Below, one piece after another: positions 1-14,080 of a DNA stretch of 64,000 nucleotides. The stretch lies in assembly GCA_030704615.1 (NCBI GenBank), contig CM060731.1, positions 66,774,001-66,838,000 on the forward strand. The letters run 5' to 3'. Position numbers and translations under genes: made by a program. The notes under the pieces are model-generated. The model had not been told where the DNA came from, did not search any database, and was given only the letters and a program-made list of their open reading frames with translations. Every line of letters starts with the position of its first letter. The stretch's first letter is position 1. The DNA comes from Takakia lepidozioides. Taxonomy: Eukaryota > Plantae > Bryophyta.

Positions 1-153
1 GATGTTTGATCATAAATATTGTCAGACAAGAGTTTCGTGGTGAGAAGAGGGAGTCGGATTGTGAAGGGAGGTTTTGGATTTCCATGGCCGAAATTGTCTG
101 TGAAAGGCGAAGAAGCTGTGGGATCTGTGGGGGCAGTATGTAGGGGTGGAAAG

Positions 154-3100
154 ATGAGTGTGGTTATATTTGAAGCGCTTTGTGTCTCAGAGGGTCTTCA
201 GGATCTGGACAGACAACAACAGCTGGTAGATGGTGAGAGGCAAGCGAAGAAGGGAAGTCGTAGCAAGGCTGGGAAGATGTTGTTGTTCAATGAGAAGAAG
301 AGGAGAGCCAAGTTGGAAGAGCTGATGGGATCGATGAATAGGTGTTACAACGAGACGGTGGTGCAAGGATTGCAACAACACGACTACAATTTTGTGCTGA
401 GTGATCCAAGGTTACCCAACAACCCAATTGTGTATGCAAGTGAGGGTTTTTGCAAGATGTCTGGATACGAGTGCCGTGAGGTCCTCGGGCGCAACTGCAG
501 ATTCTTGCAAGGTCCTGACACTGATCGTCGCACCGTCCTAGAAATCAGAGATGCAATTCGCGAAGAGAGGCCGTGTCAGGTTCGGATTTTGAATTATACC
601 AAGCAAGGGGAGGCCTTCTGGAATCTGTTCCACTTGGCCCCAGTGTACTCGAGGTTAGATGGCAATGTCATCCATTTTGTTGGCGTCCAGACACCCATGT
701 CTCTCAGCCTTGCAGCTGTGCCTGCTCCTTCTATCAGGGGTTCCCGCCTTGTCTCAGATCGTGTACAGGAAGTCCCTCAAGTCGACAAGAAGATTAACTC
801 ATTCGGAATTGATGAGTATGTTAACTTATCACCTCCGGGCAATGAGAGCTCTTGCCGTGTTCCAGATGATGCAGCAGATTTCTCATCGGAAGGCGAGGCT
901 GAGAATGGAAGACCAGCTAGAAATCTAGAGATTGCCGAAGATACCGCAGTATTACGGGTGCAGGGCGGAGGTTAGTGCTTAATTGGCTTGTCCTTCCACA
1001 TTTCTTTCGCAAGTTGCATGATGGAAATGGTATGTTGAAAATAACAGGAAGAAAACAGCATGCTCTGAAGCATGGAACATTGGAAGGTTTAGTTTTGATC
1101 ATCTGGCAATGTCTAAGCGATACTGTTGTGAGATTGCAGGAATGTGCTTTCTATACAAATTTTGATGCGAATTGTAAGGAAGTCACTGATTCTTAACACT
1201 CTGCTTCGTCTTTTATAGTAGAGTCTTAGGAAGCTACCCATGTCTAAATGACACTTTCAAATCGGTTCAGGAATAAAGCTCCAGAGGAATTGAAGAGAGA
1301 GAGAGATCAAGAATACAGCTTCAAACTCTGGTTTTGCAAATCAGTTCTTTTTGGTTGCTTTTTTCCCAGTTGCTTTTCTAGTTTGAGGTTTGTGTAATCG
1401 ATCATGTTTAGTATGTGGTGTTCACTAAAGGTTTAGGCACATTGCAAGTAATAGGAGGACTTCTTGGATATACTCTCCTGATGAAACCTGAATTTATCAG
1501 TACCATCACTTCAACAGTTGATAAGTTGCAGTGCTGGAGGGACCTCCCCTCCCCATATCCCTTTGCTCTCCCTTTCTACTCATTTAAACTTGGAACAGGA
1601 CCTGTGGCTGTAAGGCTAGACTAAGGTCACACATTGCTTCAACGGCGGATATTAGCTCCTATATCCACTTCAACTTGTTCACATAGATTGATCAGCATTG
1701 GTTGTCGGTAACTGGCATCTGCGTCATAGACTCTCCTGATTCTATGTGTGACAGTGCTGACCTTGCTGCAAATTTGCTAAATGGTTTTGGCAGCCGGAGA
1801 GGAGGAGGAAGACACGCCTGAGATCAAGAAGGCAGACCAGGAAAGGGCGGCCTTTGCAGTGCGTGCCATTTTGTGCCAGCTCGCAGAGTCAAGTAAGATA
1901 AAAGGGGGGCTGGTGGAAAAACGATGCACAGGTTTATCTGAGGGTGCAGCCCGTGGGGTCGTGTGTTCTTCGCTCATGCTCTCGCTAACTCAAATTCAGC
2001 AAAGTTTTGTCTTGTAAGTATCATAGACTATGTTCTTGAACATAGATGCTCTCTTTCTGTCGCACACAGCCACACTCAGACACACAACTCTTCAAGCCGG
2101 GGGGCAGGTGTGTAGGCAAGCAGAGTGCAATGAGTCCATCCCTGTCCTCTGTCTGTGTAGGTCGGGACATTTGATGTACTCACTCACTGCTCTCTGCAAA
2201 TGTTGGCTATGACCTACTCATAAGAGCTCAGTTTTGTCGCAAGTAACCATCTGGAGCCGGTACTGGGGTTTAGCCTGCTATGTGACTCAACTGGAGTTGC
2301 CATAATGCTTGCACACAGACAAAAATGATGGGGCACTTGCATACTTATGATTCCGGTGCAGGCGGTGACAGCATACTGGAGCTGTAGCTTGCAACGTTAT
2401 CAGACATGGAGAGAGAGAAATGTCCTCATAAGACATTGTTTGCCCTAGCCTTGTGACCATAGACCCCACGCCCAGTTTGGGTGGAACAAGAGGGAACAGA
2501 CACTACCTGTGTGAGGGGCTCACTCCAGTAGTTGAAATAAACATTTAGTTTGGGCTTCCCAGATTTCCTCTAGAGAGCCCTTCACACAAGCATCAATCTG
2601 CTGTGTGTGATGTGCCCAGCAGTTAGATCCCAACAGGGCCAGGGAATTAGCTCTCTGATGAGAATACCCTGGACATTGTATCTGAAAATGGATATTGTCA
2701 TGGTGAGAGAGAATGTACTCATAAGATGTTGTTTGTTTGTCATGGAGAGAGAGTACTCATGAGACATTGTTTACCATAGCTTTGTGGCCATAGACCCTGC
2801 CCAGTTTGGGTGGAACAAGTGGGAACATACACTACCTTTGTGAGGGGCTCACTCCAGTAGTTAAAATAAACAATTAGTTTATGCTTTTCAGATTTCCTCT
2901 AGGAAGCCCTCCACACAAGCATCAATGTGCTAGACCCCAAAAGGGCCAGGGCTGTAGGCTCAGCCTCGCGATATTGAAAGTTGGTGAAAGAGGTGCAGGG
3001 ACTATGTTCTTGATGGTCCTGAAGAGGTTGCACTCTGATGAGAATACGCCAGACATTGTATCAGAAAATAGATATTGTCTTCAGGCCACCCCAGCATCAG

Positions 3101-6100
3101 ACATTGAAAATCTCCCATTGCTCTCTGCATCTGTTTTTTGTTCAAATGTAGACTCCCCACCCTGAGTTTACTAGTGCTGAGGGTAGGTAGGTCCTTCAGA
3201 TCATCCTTAAGGTCCTCAACCATGTCACAAACTGGAAACTAGTTCAGGGAAGCTTTATGCCTAACTTCATTGTGCTTGGGAATTCTTCATGCTTCCAACG
3301 TAGCCTAGACACTTCAGCCTCCAAGTCAGCTTCATCTAGCAGGGTCAGTTCTTCCTGCCTAACATTCAGGTACTTGAAAAACTCCTCTACCTTTAACAGG
3401 ATGGTCATCCATCCAAAGTATAGAGTCGGTCATCAATGCCGTGGAGGGAATGTACTCTTGACGTTCCCTGCAAGCGTGGGCTTGCCTTAGCCTTATGTCC
3501 CTCATGGAGCCTTTTGCGGGTCACCATGGTTTATGGAGAGAGTTGATATAGAGTTAGGGCTTGTCTTGTCTTGACAAGAAAGGATAGACTAGACTATTTA
3601 TAGACAATACAGCCTTCAAAGAAGGCACCATCACATTTTCTCGGGATCCAGACTCAACACCATGTCCATAGAGGTGATCGGGGTGGGTGGCGGTGTACTT
3701 GTATATGATCGAATGCAGGTTTCCCTCCCATGTGAGTTTTGCCCAGAGATTGCCAGAATGGGTCATTGTTTCACGGCTCCATGATAAAGAGTAGGAGACA
3801 GCTCTGTGTAATGCGAATAGCTGCTATGACAACCATCATTATATTGCAATTTGTTTTCAAACAACGCCTCTGTCAAGTCATTTCAAACTTACAATGCATA
3901 TGGTTTGCAGGAAACTTGATCAATCATACTCCCCTTGTTCATATAGTGCATATTAGTAGCTCATAGAACATTACCACTAATTCGACTTCTCAGAGTCGAG
4001 TGGCTGGAACTAAGGAGTGCCATTGACTCAACTTAATCAAGAGTCAAGTAGTTGGTACTAACTTTGTTCTCATTTTCAGGTTTCCTAATTCTGACACAAG
4101 GCATCGGCTACAGTAGACCAGCCAGAAGAGCAATGTACATTGATCGGATCATGTAGAAGGTGTACACATATACTCCAGTATGCTGCTGCTACAGGGCCTA
4201 GCACATCTGAGATTAGTTCGCCATCAAATGTCATGTTGGTTCATAAGGAATCTGCACGGAAGTACCATTCTCCTTTCTGTCTTCGCAGACCATGTATGTA
4301 ATAGTAGCAGATAGTGGAAGGCACAAAATCCTGATTCCACTTTGGCGTAAGAAAGGATAATCCAGAATAGACCATCAATTTACTCCCAATAGAAATATAA
4401 GAAACAGATATGTGCTGCTTTCAAAAGTATTAGAGAGAGAATGTACTCATAAGACACCTTGTGGTCATTGACCCCGCGCTCAGTTTGAGCGGAACACAAA
4501 GGGAGAGAAACTACCTTTATCAGGGGCTGACACCGGTAGTACGACTTACCTTGGAACTGACAATTGATCCGAGTTTTGCAGATATCCTCTAGAAATCCTT
4601 TTACACAAGCATCAATCTGCTGTGTGTGGTTTGCCCAATAACTATGGTCCAAAAGGGCCTGGGTTTTTGGCTCAGCCTCAAGACTTTCAAAGTTGATAAA
4701 CAGAGGTACAGGCACAATTCCCTTGATGGATTTGAAGAGGACGTCGCTCTGGTGAGAGTACCCAGGACAATGAATCAGAAAGTGAATATTGTCTTCAGGT
4801 TGCCCACACAACGGGCATTTGCAATCCCCCTTTCCTCTCTGCTTCTGTTTGCAGAGAGGAAACAGTCTCTCCGCCCTAAGTTTAAACTTCAGTCTAGTGC
4901 CGAGGGTGGGTAAACCCCTGAGGTCATCCATGATGGCCTCTGCCATGTCACAGACTGGAAACAAGTTCAGGGAAGTATTTGAGAGAGAGAATGTACTCAT
5001 AAGACATTGTTTAGAGAGAGAGAGAGAGGACTGCCGGTTTCTTGGACAAGTTCAGGGAAGTATTTGAGAGAGAGAAAATGTAGACATAAGACGTTGTTTA
5101 GAGAGAGAGAGAGAGGACTGCTGGTTTCTTGGGGGTTGTCCATCAATTTGCTGTATTGTTTGATTAAGTTGCTCCTTCTGCCTAAGTGACTTGCTGTAAT
5201 CTCATGAGTTTACACTATAATGTTTTGATGTATTGAGGATTTTTATCAGATGTCATTGGGGAAGGCTCTGGCTAACGTGCAAAATGTTGATGCGCTTGGG
5301 CATCTGTATGCAGGGTAGATCCAAATCTTCCAGACATGCCTATAGTTCATGCTAGTGATGGTTTCTGCGAGCTGACTGGTGCGTACTTTATGGATACTTC
5401 TTGCCTCTAACCTTGGGAGGGGTTCTGTAGGTTTAGATTTCAAGTGTTGTTGTTCTTTCCTGTGTGGTGCTTAGGAACAAATGTTCTCTAAAGTTATTCT
5501 CTTTCCAGCTCTTGTGCCTGGCTTTGGGGACTTGCCAATGCCACTCCAGAACGCAACCAATCTCACTTAATGAGACATGGCACCTGACAACTCACTCACA
5601 GATGTGTGGCTAGGGTTCATGATGTGGGTGAATCCCATCACTGCCGCACTGTTTTCTCCAGCTAAAACTATCATGATACAGATCAGTGTTTATTGGGAAG
5701 AGGGGTTGGTTTCAAACCAGGGGATTCACTCGTGGCAGTTCAAGTGGCAGTCTTCTGCCAGTCATTGCATCCGGTAGCTTATGGTTTCACATATGGGCAC
5801 CCCTTGACCCTGAAGTGGGTCCAGCAGTTGGCAAGCCCCTTAGCGTGCACATGCAGGGACGTCATATAGATGAGGTGAACCTTAGGTCAAATATTCATGG
5901 TGGACCCTGGTTAGGTAGTTGTGCATATATTCTTCTGTTGCCATGCCATACGGAATGGTTCTTTGTTATGTTGGAAACCAACTGGTATGGTACAAGCATA
6001 TCTCATTCCGCTTTTGATCTGCATTGCTGGCAGGTTACAGTCAAGAAGAGGTGGTGGGTCATAATTGCCGGTTTTTGCAGGGCCCCGACACAGACCCCGT

Positions 6101-7531
6101 GATTGTGCAGCAGGTATGTGTATCTGCAGTCTCTTTAGTCTTAGTCCAGAGAGCTCGGAGAACACACCTCTCAACTTTTGATGTGTGTGTGGGGGCTGTG
6201 TGTGTGTCTCTCTCTCCTGGGTGGTTGTTCTCTCTCCTGTCTTATGAGTACATTCAGTCTCTCTTATGTGTGTTGAAACTTTGTACACAGCTCTGGGAGA
6301 GCTGGAGGATGCCCCAAGGGGTTTGACATCTAAAGTTTGGAAGAAATGTTGATGAGTACACCTCTCTCTTCTTAGTCTGAGAGGGTGGTCTTTCCAAAAT
6401 TGTACTTCACGTCGTCTTACAGTCATGATTTGGGCTCTGACTAGGTGTTATGTAAACCTTCCCCTAGGACATAACTGATGTAAGCCTTATGGCCTTCTGT
6501 CACGGTTATTTTTTCAGCGACTCCAATGAATAGCCAGGTGAAACGGAAATTTGTATCTCTCTGCAGTAGGTGTGCAGTGTGCCACCTAGCTGCCCCGGGA
6601 TTACACATGGACGGTTTTTGTCCTCCTGTTTGCTTTTCCAGGATTGCTGAAGGATGTTGTTTGTGTGCCAGATTCGGGATAGCATTGAGGCTAAACGTCC
6701 ATGCACTGTTCGCATTCTAAATTACAGGTACAGCTGTGATAACATGTCATAACGTACTGACTGCATGGTCTTGTGGTCAAATTCGTCAGTTGAGTTGCTG
6801 TTCCTATCCATTTATGTTGCAATTTCTAAAGGTGTTTTCTGTTCTGCTCCTACAAATTGGGTTGAGTTTTGCCATAATAAGCCAACCAAAGTCACAGCTG
6901 ATTTTTCTTGGTGCTTGTGGGTTCAGGAAGGACAAAAGACCCTTTTGGAACCATCTGCACATTTCCCCAGTTCGTAGTGCATGTGGAAAGGTAAGGAAAT
7001 GACCAGTACATGAATACATGAGTTTGATGAGGCAAGAGTCGCATTATGATTCCCTCCTCAGCACTTCCACCTTTTTCTCTTGCCTGTAATGCTGAGATAA
7101 TGCTTTCATTACAATATCAATACCAGCCCCTTTATGATTATGTGAATCCCTGCAATGAGGTTTTCATGGGCTGTGCAAGAGTGCCACAATTTTGGGTGGA
7201 ATCTTCATGATGGCTCCAGTATCCTGTTTGGCCAAATCAACAGGGGTATGTCAGAGTCGATATGATAGGGAACCATCCACTGACTTGCTCTATCTGTCTC
7301 CTTGCTAGAATGTAAATCAAGTGAGATGACTCACTGAAACGTCATTTTCCTGTGTGATGATTGCAGGTGGCTTTCTTTGTAGGAGTACAACTAGATGTGA
7401 GTGCTGCTGATGATCTGGAGGATAATGGAATGACCGCCCATATGAAACAGCTTAGTGCTGTTGGAGCTGTCCGAGTGGCTGTCCGGAGTTTGCAAGGGTC
7501 AGGTCTACGGCGAGCACCAAGGGATTTGTGA
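154..7531 (+). CDS. LLP: LOV/LOV protein (PAS/LOV, TWIN LOV PROTEIN 1-like). Exons 154-970, 1794-2013, 5314-5378, 6034-6113, 6672-6727, 6927-6990, 7367-7531
   Basis: LOV1 reads [20 protein letters not shown]...[12 protein letters not shown]2 is assembled across exons: [42 protein letters not shown]...[11 protein letters not shown]-terminus [17 protein letters not shown] is typical of LLP, and there is no kinase domain. All introns are GT-AG and in phase. The start ATG could be 154 or a downstream ATG. Confidence 0.93.
2409..3400 (-). mobile_element. Three head-to-tail 3' fragments of a LINE family in LLP intron 2
   Basis: Terminal motif gagagagaatgtactcataagac (+ strand, with variants) at ~2409, ~2705 and ~2744. 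Adjacent sequence matches the LINE at 43674-45305 ([10 protein letters not shown] zinc-knuckle remnant). Confidence 0.85.
4432..5115 (-). mobile_element. 5'-truncated LINE 3' end (~545 bp) plus two ~30 bp terminal fragments among (GA)n tracts
   Basis: ORF 4380-5000 encodes [19 protein letters not shown]...[14 protein letters not shown], near-identical to 43684-44064. The terminal motif recurs at ~4432, ~4981 and ~5067. Confidence 0.88.
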
Positions 7532-7923
7532 AGACCCAATGTTGACTAATTCAGGGTTGAGAGTTGCTTTAAGGGGGATAGGATAAAGGGTGTGGTGCTT
7601 CTGTCTTGTGGGAGAGCACAAACTACCAGCCTGATCTGGGTGAAACTGCCACATTTGAGAAGAAATTGAGTGTTGGTGGCTCTGCAAATGGGTGCTCTAT
7701 GATCGCATGGGCCTGTTGTGAGCGTTCAATTTGCACTGAAAGGGTACCTTTAATGTGTCATGGTGTCCTCATCTCCCATCTGTGTTTGTCCTCTTTGTTG
7801 GCCTGAAAAGTTGGTGTACTTGCCAAGCCACTCTCTGAAACCATTGTTTCAGCTTTTTCTGTAGCCAAACTACACTTCAGAGCCCTATGAGCTCTAGTAA
7901 GGGGGTGAGAGAGGAGGCATGCA

Positions 7924-8337
7924 AGTATATCTCCTGCACCAAAGGCATTGGGCCAGCGCCAATCAGGTCCCGCAGCAAAGGGTGGGGCTCAAACGGGCTC
8001 AAACTAAACCCCAACGGTGCAATAACGCCAAATATTTTCTGGCGGGGCTGCACAAATTGGCATTTGCCCCTCCAGATCTTGGCTTACCAAGCTCTCCACA
8101 GACCAAAGTACCCGCGGCCAGCAGAGCGGGTGGGCCCCAAACTTGCCCCAGCAATGCCAAGACAGCGAGGCATTGGGTACTTTTTTACTCTCGTGATATT
8201 TTGGAAATTGGCCCCGGGCTTGCACGGCAGGGGTTCTTTTTTACTCTTCTGATATTTTGGAAATTGGCCCCGCCAAGCCAGCCGCCACACAATGCATTTG
8301 GCGGGGCATTTTGGCTTGCACCGCAGGAGATGCTCTA
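7924..8337. mobile_element. Tourist/PIF-Harbinger-like MITE, degenerate
   Basis: Right end ggagatgctc-taa is the same terminus as the element at 53029-53335. The left end has a degenerate inverse (tatatctcctgc). Internal duplicated gatattttggaaattggcccc. GC-rich island just 3' of LLP. Confidence 0.55.
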
Positions 8338-10105
8338 ACCAATGGGTGGAGAGAAAGAACAGGGGAAGTTTATCCGTTAAAATACTACAATGCCTTGGCT
8401 GGGTGAAATTTTACCTTTTTATGTATGGCTGAACATTTTAGTTCTCTTACTGTTTACCTGTTTCTCAGAAAACTTTTTGTAGGATAAAGTGCACCTACTA
8501 CCTCACACCCCAATGAATAGAGAGAGAGAGAGAGAGAGGCAGCTGGAGAATATCCTATTTGAGCAATCTACCAGTAGTAGGCAATCTTACAAGCACTTCA
8601 TAGCCTTACATTGAAGGCACAAGCCACACCAAAGCAACTATCCCTTGGGCTGAAGCACACAAGAATTCAGACAAAGACACAGGTGAGTGCAGTATTATTC
8701 TAATTGAACAAGAACTCTAACACTGTACATTGCTTCGACCATTAGAGTGGGCTTCATACGTATCATTCCTCATTAGTGCCTGGCAATAAAGTGAACCGTG
8801 ATCGATGCTCTGGAGTCTTCCAGAAGCGGAAATTCCTCTAGGCCAGCCGATTAGTGATCAACTGCTCTTAAGAGCAAAAGATTCTCGTACGGCTTGATGC
8901 AAGTGTCCGCTAATGATAATTACAGTCATCCTGGCTGTACAACAATAGGGTAGTTGAATGATAGTGTTTCAATGGACAGAGAAGCCCAACGAGAAATAGT
9001 CAAACCACATCATCCCACCAATTCAATGTAGACAGCAATTTCAGATTCCCGACATGTCTAGTATGGACTCCTAACAAATTTCTCCATAATAGTATACCTT
9101 GGCGCAACTGCGGCTAACGAAGAAACAGACTATAGGAGGATGATTTTCCATTGCTAAAAATTCACTCATGGGAGGATAATAGGAGCAATTAATCGAGGAA
9201 ATCTGCAACTTGAGCCAAACACTGCACCACAACATGCACACAAGCATTTCAGTCTAAATCATATAGTGAACTGTCAGGAGCTTGTTAATGATACACCGCT
9301 GATACTTAACTGTCTGAGTGATGCAGGACCAGTGGGGGATTGCAACCACTTTCCCTGAATCATGTAGGGTACCAGCTGCTCTCCAAACAGGAGGCAGGCA
9401 GATACTAATTCACCTTCTAGTGTATTCAGTAGAGTCCACATTGGAACCACAAAAATACTTCTTGGTATGATGTCAAAGACTTCACTTGATGCCAATGACT
9501 TCCCTTACATACCCTAGTGGCGAAACTGACTATCTCCAGAAGAGTTTGCGTCTGACAGGACTGCTTGCTTTTTGGTAGGTACTAGGCAAAATTTACAGGG
9601 AACAAACAATGAGCAACACTACCACTCCGCTCATCCAAAATTTTAAGAAATGCCCTTTCTTGGCCTGGAATGTGGTCAGGGCACAATGCAGTCCTCCTGT
9701 AGTTAAGGATACTCCATGTATAAGGGCCTGCTCCCACTGACCTGAGATACTTCGACTGTTATTGGGCAAACCAATATGTATCCCAGGTCACTGTGAGTAA
9801 AGATGGATTGTCCCCATTGGCACCTAACTAATTACACAGGGGAAACAGAGCCGGTTGAGCCCACTCAAGGAGGGTCTCCCACTCAACTTGACTGGTGCTA
9901 ACAGGTCATCTCACGAAAGTGAATAGCTATACACATTTTCAGAAGATAATGGACCACCTGAGATGATAATGGGTTGCAACCAGGAAACTTCATGACACAT
10001 TATTGCCAATGAGGACACTCTTTTTAAGCTTTCATCCCCCAAGCTCGAATCAATGGGGAGGGCCCTAAGTCTTAGTGAAAGCGTCAAAACAGATTGTGAT
10101 CCTAC

Positions 10106-12870
10106 CTCATCAATATGGAGATTGATGCTCCGATTACTGGTACTCAGCTCAAATGGAAGGCCACAAACTGGGCATTCTTGCATGCCTTCCACCCAAAACC
10201 CCCCCAGAGCACAAGGTTTCATTGCAAGCACAACCAGAATATATGCTCCCCAACTGTCACTACTGTGGTCATCTTACTCTTTGCAGAGCTTACTGAACAT
10301 CACTAAGCTCAAGACTCTTTTCTAAGCGTATGCAAGTCATTAGTAATTTCAGTATATAGTTGCCAAATGAGCAATATGGACATAAGAGAGCTGTCTCTGA
10401 TTTCAATTTCCAAATCAAGAACTTGCCAAACGTGATGATTGAGAGCTTGCCAGCATGATGGTCGATTTGGCATTTACCTGATGCGATATGTTGGCCTGTT
10501 TGGATTGCACTAGAGGGATTATCATTGTCATGTTGCCCAGCATCTCCAAGGTCAAACATTCTCTCAATACTTGCCCAGTCTTCTTTGCATGCTTCACTGG
10601 CTGTTTTGGCATATTTGCTCTCCACTGCTTCATTGCACTCGTCAACCATAACCATACCTGAAATAACTCCACTTACAGGACCTGCCCTCCTCTCATCAGT
10701 GCCTTTCGCAAACCCCTCCGTCCACTGTTCAGGAGCACAAGCTCCCCGACCATCACAATATTTTTCCCCCTGATGCTCACTGATGTTTGATGTTGCAACG
10801 CTTGATGTAGGAATCAGCGTGTTGTCTTCAAGAGGAAAGGTGAGTGACTTTCCCGATAAATCCACTTCTTTTGGAAATTCCAATCCAACTTTTGAAATGT
10901 GGGGAAAACCCTGGTCTTATGTCAAGGGAAAATATTTCGGCATCGCGCACAGCATCTAGCACCAGAGATATATTTCAATTATTGATGATTCTTTCTCAAC
11001 AACAAGGAATGAGCTACGAGCCAACTGATATACACTACAAGGTATGCATCCGTTTGTCATGGGACGGGAAGATACGATGAAGGGAATTAAGGTTTTCTAA
11101 ATTGTGCATTGGACGACCATTCCATACGCAGTCAAGGAAGATATAGCCTTCTCTTGATATCAACAATTATATAACTGAATGGTTTTCAATACTGATGGTG
11201 ATTTGTGCTGCATCATTGTAATGCAAACCATACAGGATACTCCCCTGATACCAGTGGGCAGAGGACCTTCGGGCCACTCTGCCTCTACCCACCGTCCCCA
11301 CCATTCTTCTAGGTCCTCATCTCCACCATCAGAGCTGCCATCATATCTGCATTCATCCCGTTAACTTGCTTCTGTTGATGTACACAAGAATATTCTTTGT
11401 TTTCTGTAATCTAGATATATGTGCAAGTCTCTCTATCTGTCATAATCACACAGGTAAGATCTGCTAAGAAGGAGGGGTCTAATTGCTATTCAGCATTACA
11501 CTTCCTGTATGGTGCCATTGTGTCAGCTGTTACATTAACTTGACCCCCTCTAACCACTCTGTGCATCTGCTCCATAGCAAAGCCAGGGTGAGTTTCATAC
11601 CTTGGGTTGAACCCTGTGACAGATTCTGGGCGCCGTAATTTCCTGCCAGGTCTATACACTCCAGGGTACGTCATGGCCCACATTCATAGGGGATAGTCAA
11701 TGAGTGTATCTTTCAGACATACACACATGCGTCCACAATCAGTTTCCACCACTATAATTGTATGTCCACATCTCCCCTCACAAGCTAACATTTGGCATGT
11801 TCTCCGCTCTACCTGCTACACTGTCCAAAGCGAATATCGGAGCATGCACTCCTCATGAGGCGTGCTACAATCTGCAAGCTACTGTAACTCAAAAGTATCA
11901 CACATGATAGAAAGAGAGAAATCCCCTACATCATACAGGACGCGCAAGGATTAGTGACTGGCTTGAATGGTTCCTCAGTTCCCTGCGCTTGCTCTTGCCT
12001 TGTAGCATAATCTTGATGTAACGCCCCCGCACTCTTTAGCTTGGATCCAAAGCCACCATCCCTCCTTGTTTCTGATGCTGAAAAATCACTTAGTAGTCGA
12101 TCCAGCCGTGCAACCATAGCTCCCACATTGTGCGTCTCATCGATACAGATCAATCCAGACATCCTCAACTCCTGTTTTGTGTCTTCACTCAAGGATAAAC
12201 CTTGTCGAGATTTGTACAAATTATTCATTGCTGCCATAGAGTACTGCCACTCAGCACAGAAAGGGCCTTCAGATGGGACAGAAAAAGAATCTTCCTTCAT
12301 CTCTTCCACCACAGATGAATGGAGCTGCTTTTTGCAGGATTTCAATTTCGGCCTTCGGGACTTCTCTCTGTCTTCACCAACACCGACAACTTTCTGAAAT
12401 TCTTGGTCGGAACTCTGACCCCCTTCCTTTTCACATTGGATTTCCTCCGCCGATTCAATTGCATTGCCTTCGAAGGATTCGATTGTACCAAGAGGTTTTG
12501 CGGGTTTACGTTTTCGTCCTCGTTTCTTTCCCCGCTTCTTTTCTTCTCTTGCTCCTCCCTCTCCACTTCCCTTTCCGCTTGACACATTATCCCTGCCATC
12601 AGACCTCTCTCCAAACAAAGATGCTTCTTGACACGCGAAGTCATTCATTGCTATCTGATTGCAAGCAGGCCCACCCTCGAGGGATCGCGACAACGTTGAG
12701 AGGCATGTGTCCAGGTGTGAATGAATCCTAAACTCGGGTATCTGAACACCACAAGACGGACAGCAGACGGTGGGCAGGGACTGCTTCCCTGATAACAAAT
12801 TCTTCCATATCTTTGGTCTTACATTGTCTGTGCCTGCTGCACCTGCTAGTTTTCCACCCTCCTTCACCAT
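10106..12870 (-). CDS. Uncharacterised multi-exon protein with two UBZ4/Rad18-like zinc fingers; exon structure and 3' end unresolved
   Basis: Long first exon (ORF 11926-12876) has CPSCGVQIPEFRIHSHLDTCL and the basic run KKRGKKRGRKRK. A long exon at ~10480-10890 is low-complexity. An exon at ~10106-10190 has CPVCGLPFELSTSNRSINLHIDE followed by a GT donor. Confidence 0.6.
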
Positions 12871-14080
12871 GACCACATGTGTAACAGCGAACTTTCTTCG
12901 ACAGGGAATTCACGTTCCTTCTATTCACGTTCCTTCTATCTGTCTTCTTGGGGTTGTGTGCCTCTCTTCTAGTTGCTGTACAGCCGAAGGCTCAAACGCT
13001 TAACTGCAAACTTGGAAACTTGTCATGCACACCTTGAGCGCATTCTATGGTGATTCTCTGCTACGAGCGCTGCTCTCGAACCAGGATTGTTTTATCAATC
13101 AACGCAGGTGTGACTTTTCAGCTTGCGCGCAATACCCTTCTCATCCTTTAAAGCGTACACTGATGAAGGCATCGTCACTCATGCTGAGCAATTTTCTGCT
13201 AAGTTTTGCTGAAAGATTTGAAAACAAACAGTGGGTACCAAAGGAAGTATAAGCTCATTGTGGTTCTTTGCGTCTAGCTCTTATCCCTTTAGGACACTGC
13301 TTCCGGATCCATCAGTGATGAGCAATATCCAGTGTTCGCGTATCATACACATGACTACAAGTTTATGCTTTGGATGCACTGACAGGGAAGCAACCAGTTG
13401 TAAGAGGGAAAATGATTTGTGTTGGTGGGCATGGGTAGACAGGATGACCAAGGTCAATGTGGCAACTGCGTGCTATGGTCTCCTGTTGTCATTAGATTTG
13501 ACCACCATACAATTCTCCAGTTTGTCAAAATTCCTTCCAAACATCCCCACATGCCAAGACTGAAGGCTTTGCAAAGCTTGAATGAGGTCACCCTGCTTGA
13601 TTCATAATGTACAAGTCACAATTACAGAACTTACAGCCTGCCAATTCGTAGTTCTCCATCAACTAGTCCGGTTGAGGAGGATGCCTGGCAAGTATTATAG
13701 TAGAAAATTGCACACTCACAGGCAATGGAATAGCAACAAACTCAATCGACTAAATTACATACTAGTCTTTAACATCAAGGGTTGCCTTCTGAGTAACCTG
13801 CAGGTCACTGTCTGATCAACTCACAGGTTCTGTCGCCCTGCACTTGATGTGGCAATTGACTCTCATGGACCTTCTGGCTACACCCCCATTTGATGTGTCA
13901 CTTGCCCTCCATTGGGACAAAACTCTATCTTCATCAAAATCCCTCTCATTCCATCCCCCACTCATAATGACCCCAGGTATAAATTCAACCACTCTCACAC
14001 GATATCAACAGGAACATAAACTACAACATACAGGATGTCTATCCCTGCCTGCACAGGAGTTTTCAACGAATTGTAGGGTA

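Noticed and set aside
19-975. Phototropin or ZTL/FKF1 call for the LOV ORF
   Set aside because: The downstream exons give a second LOV and then stop; there is no kinase, F-box or Kelch domain.
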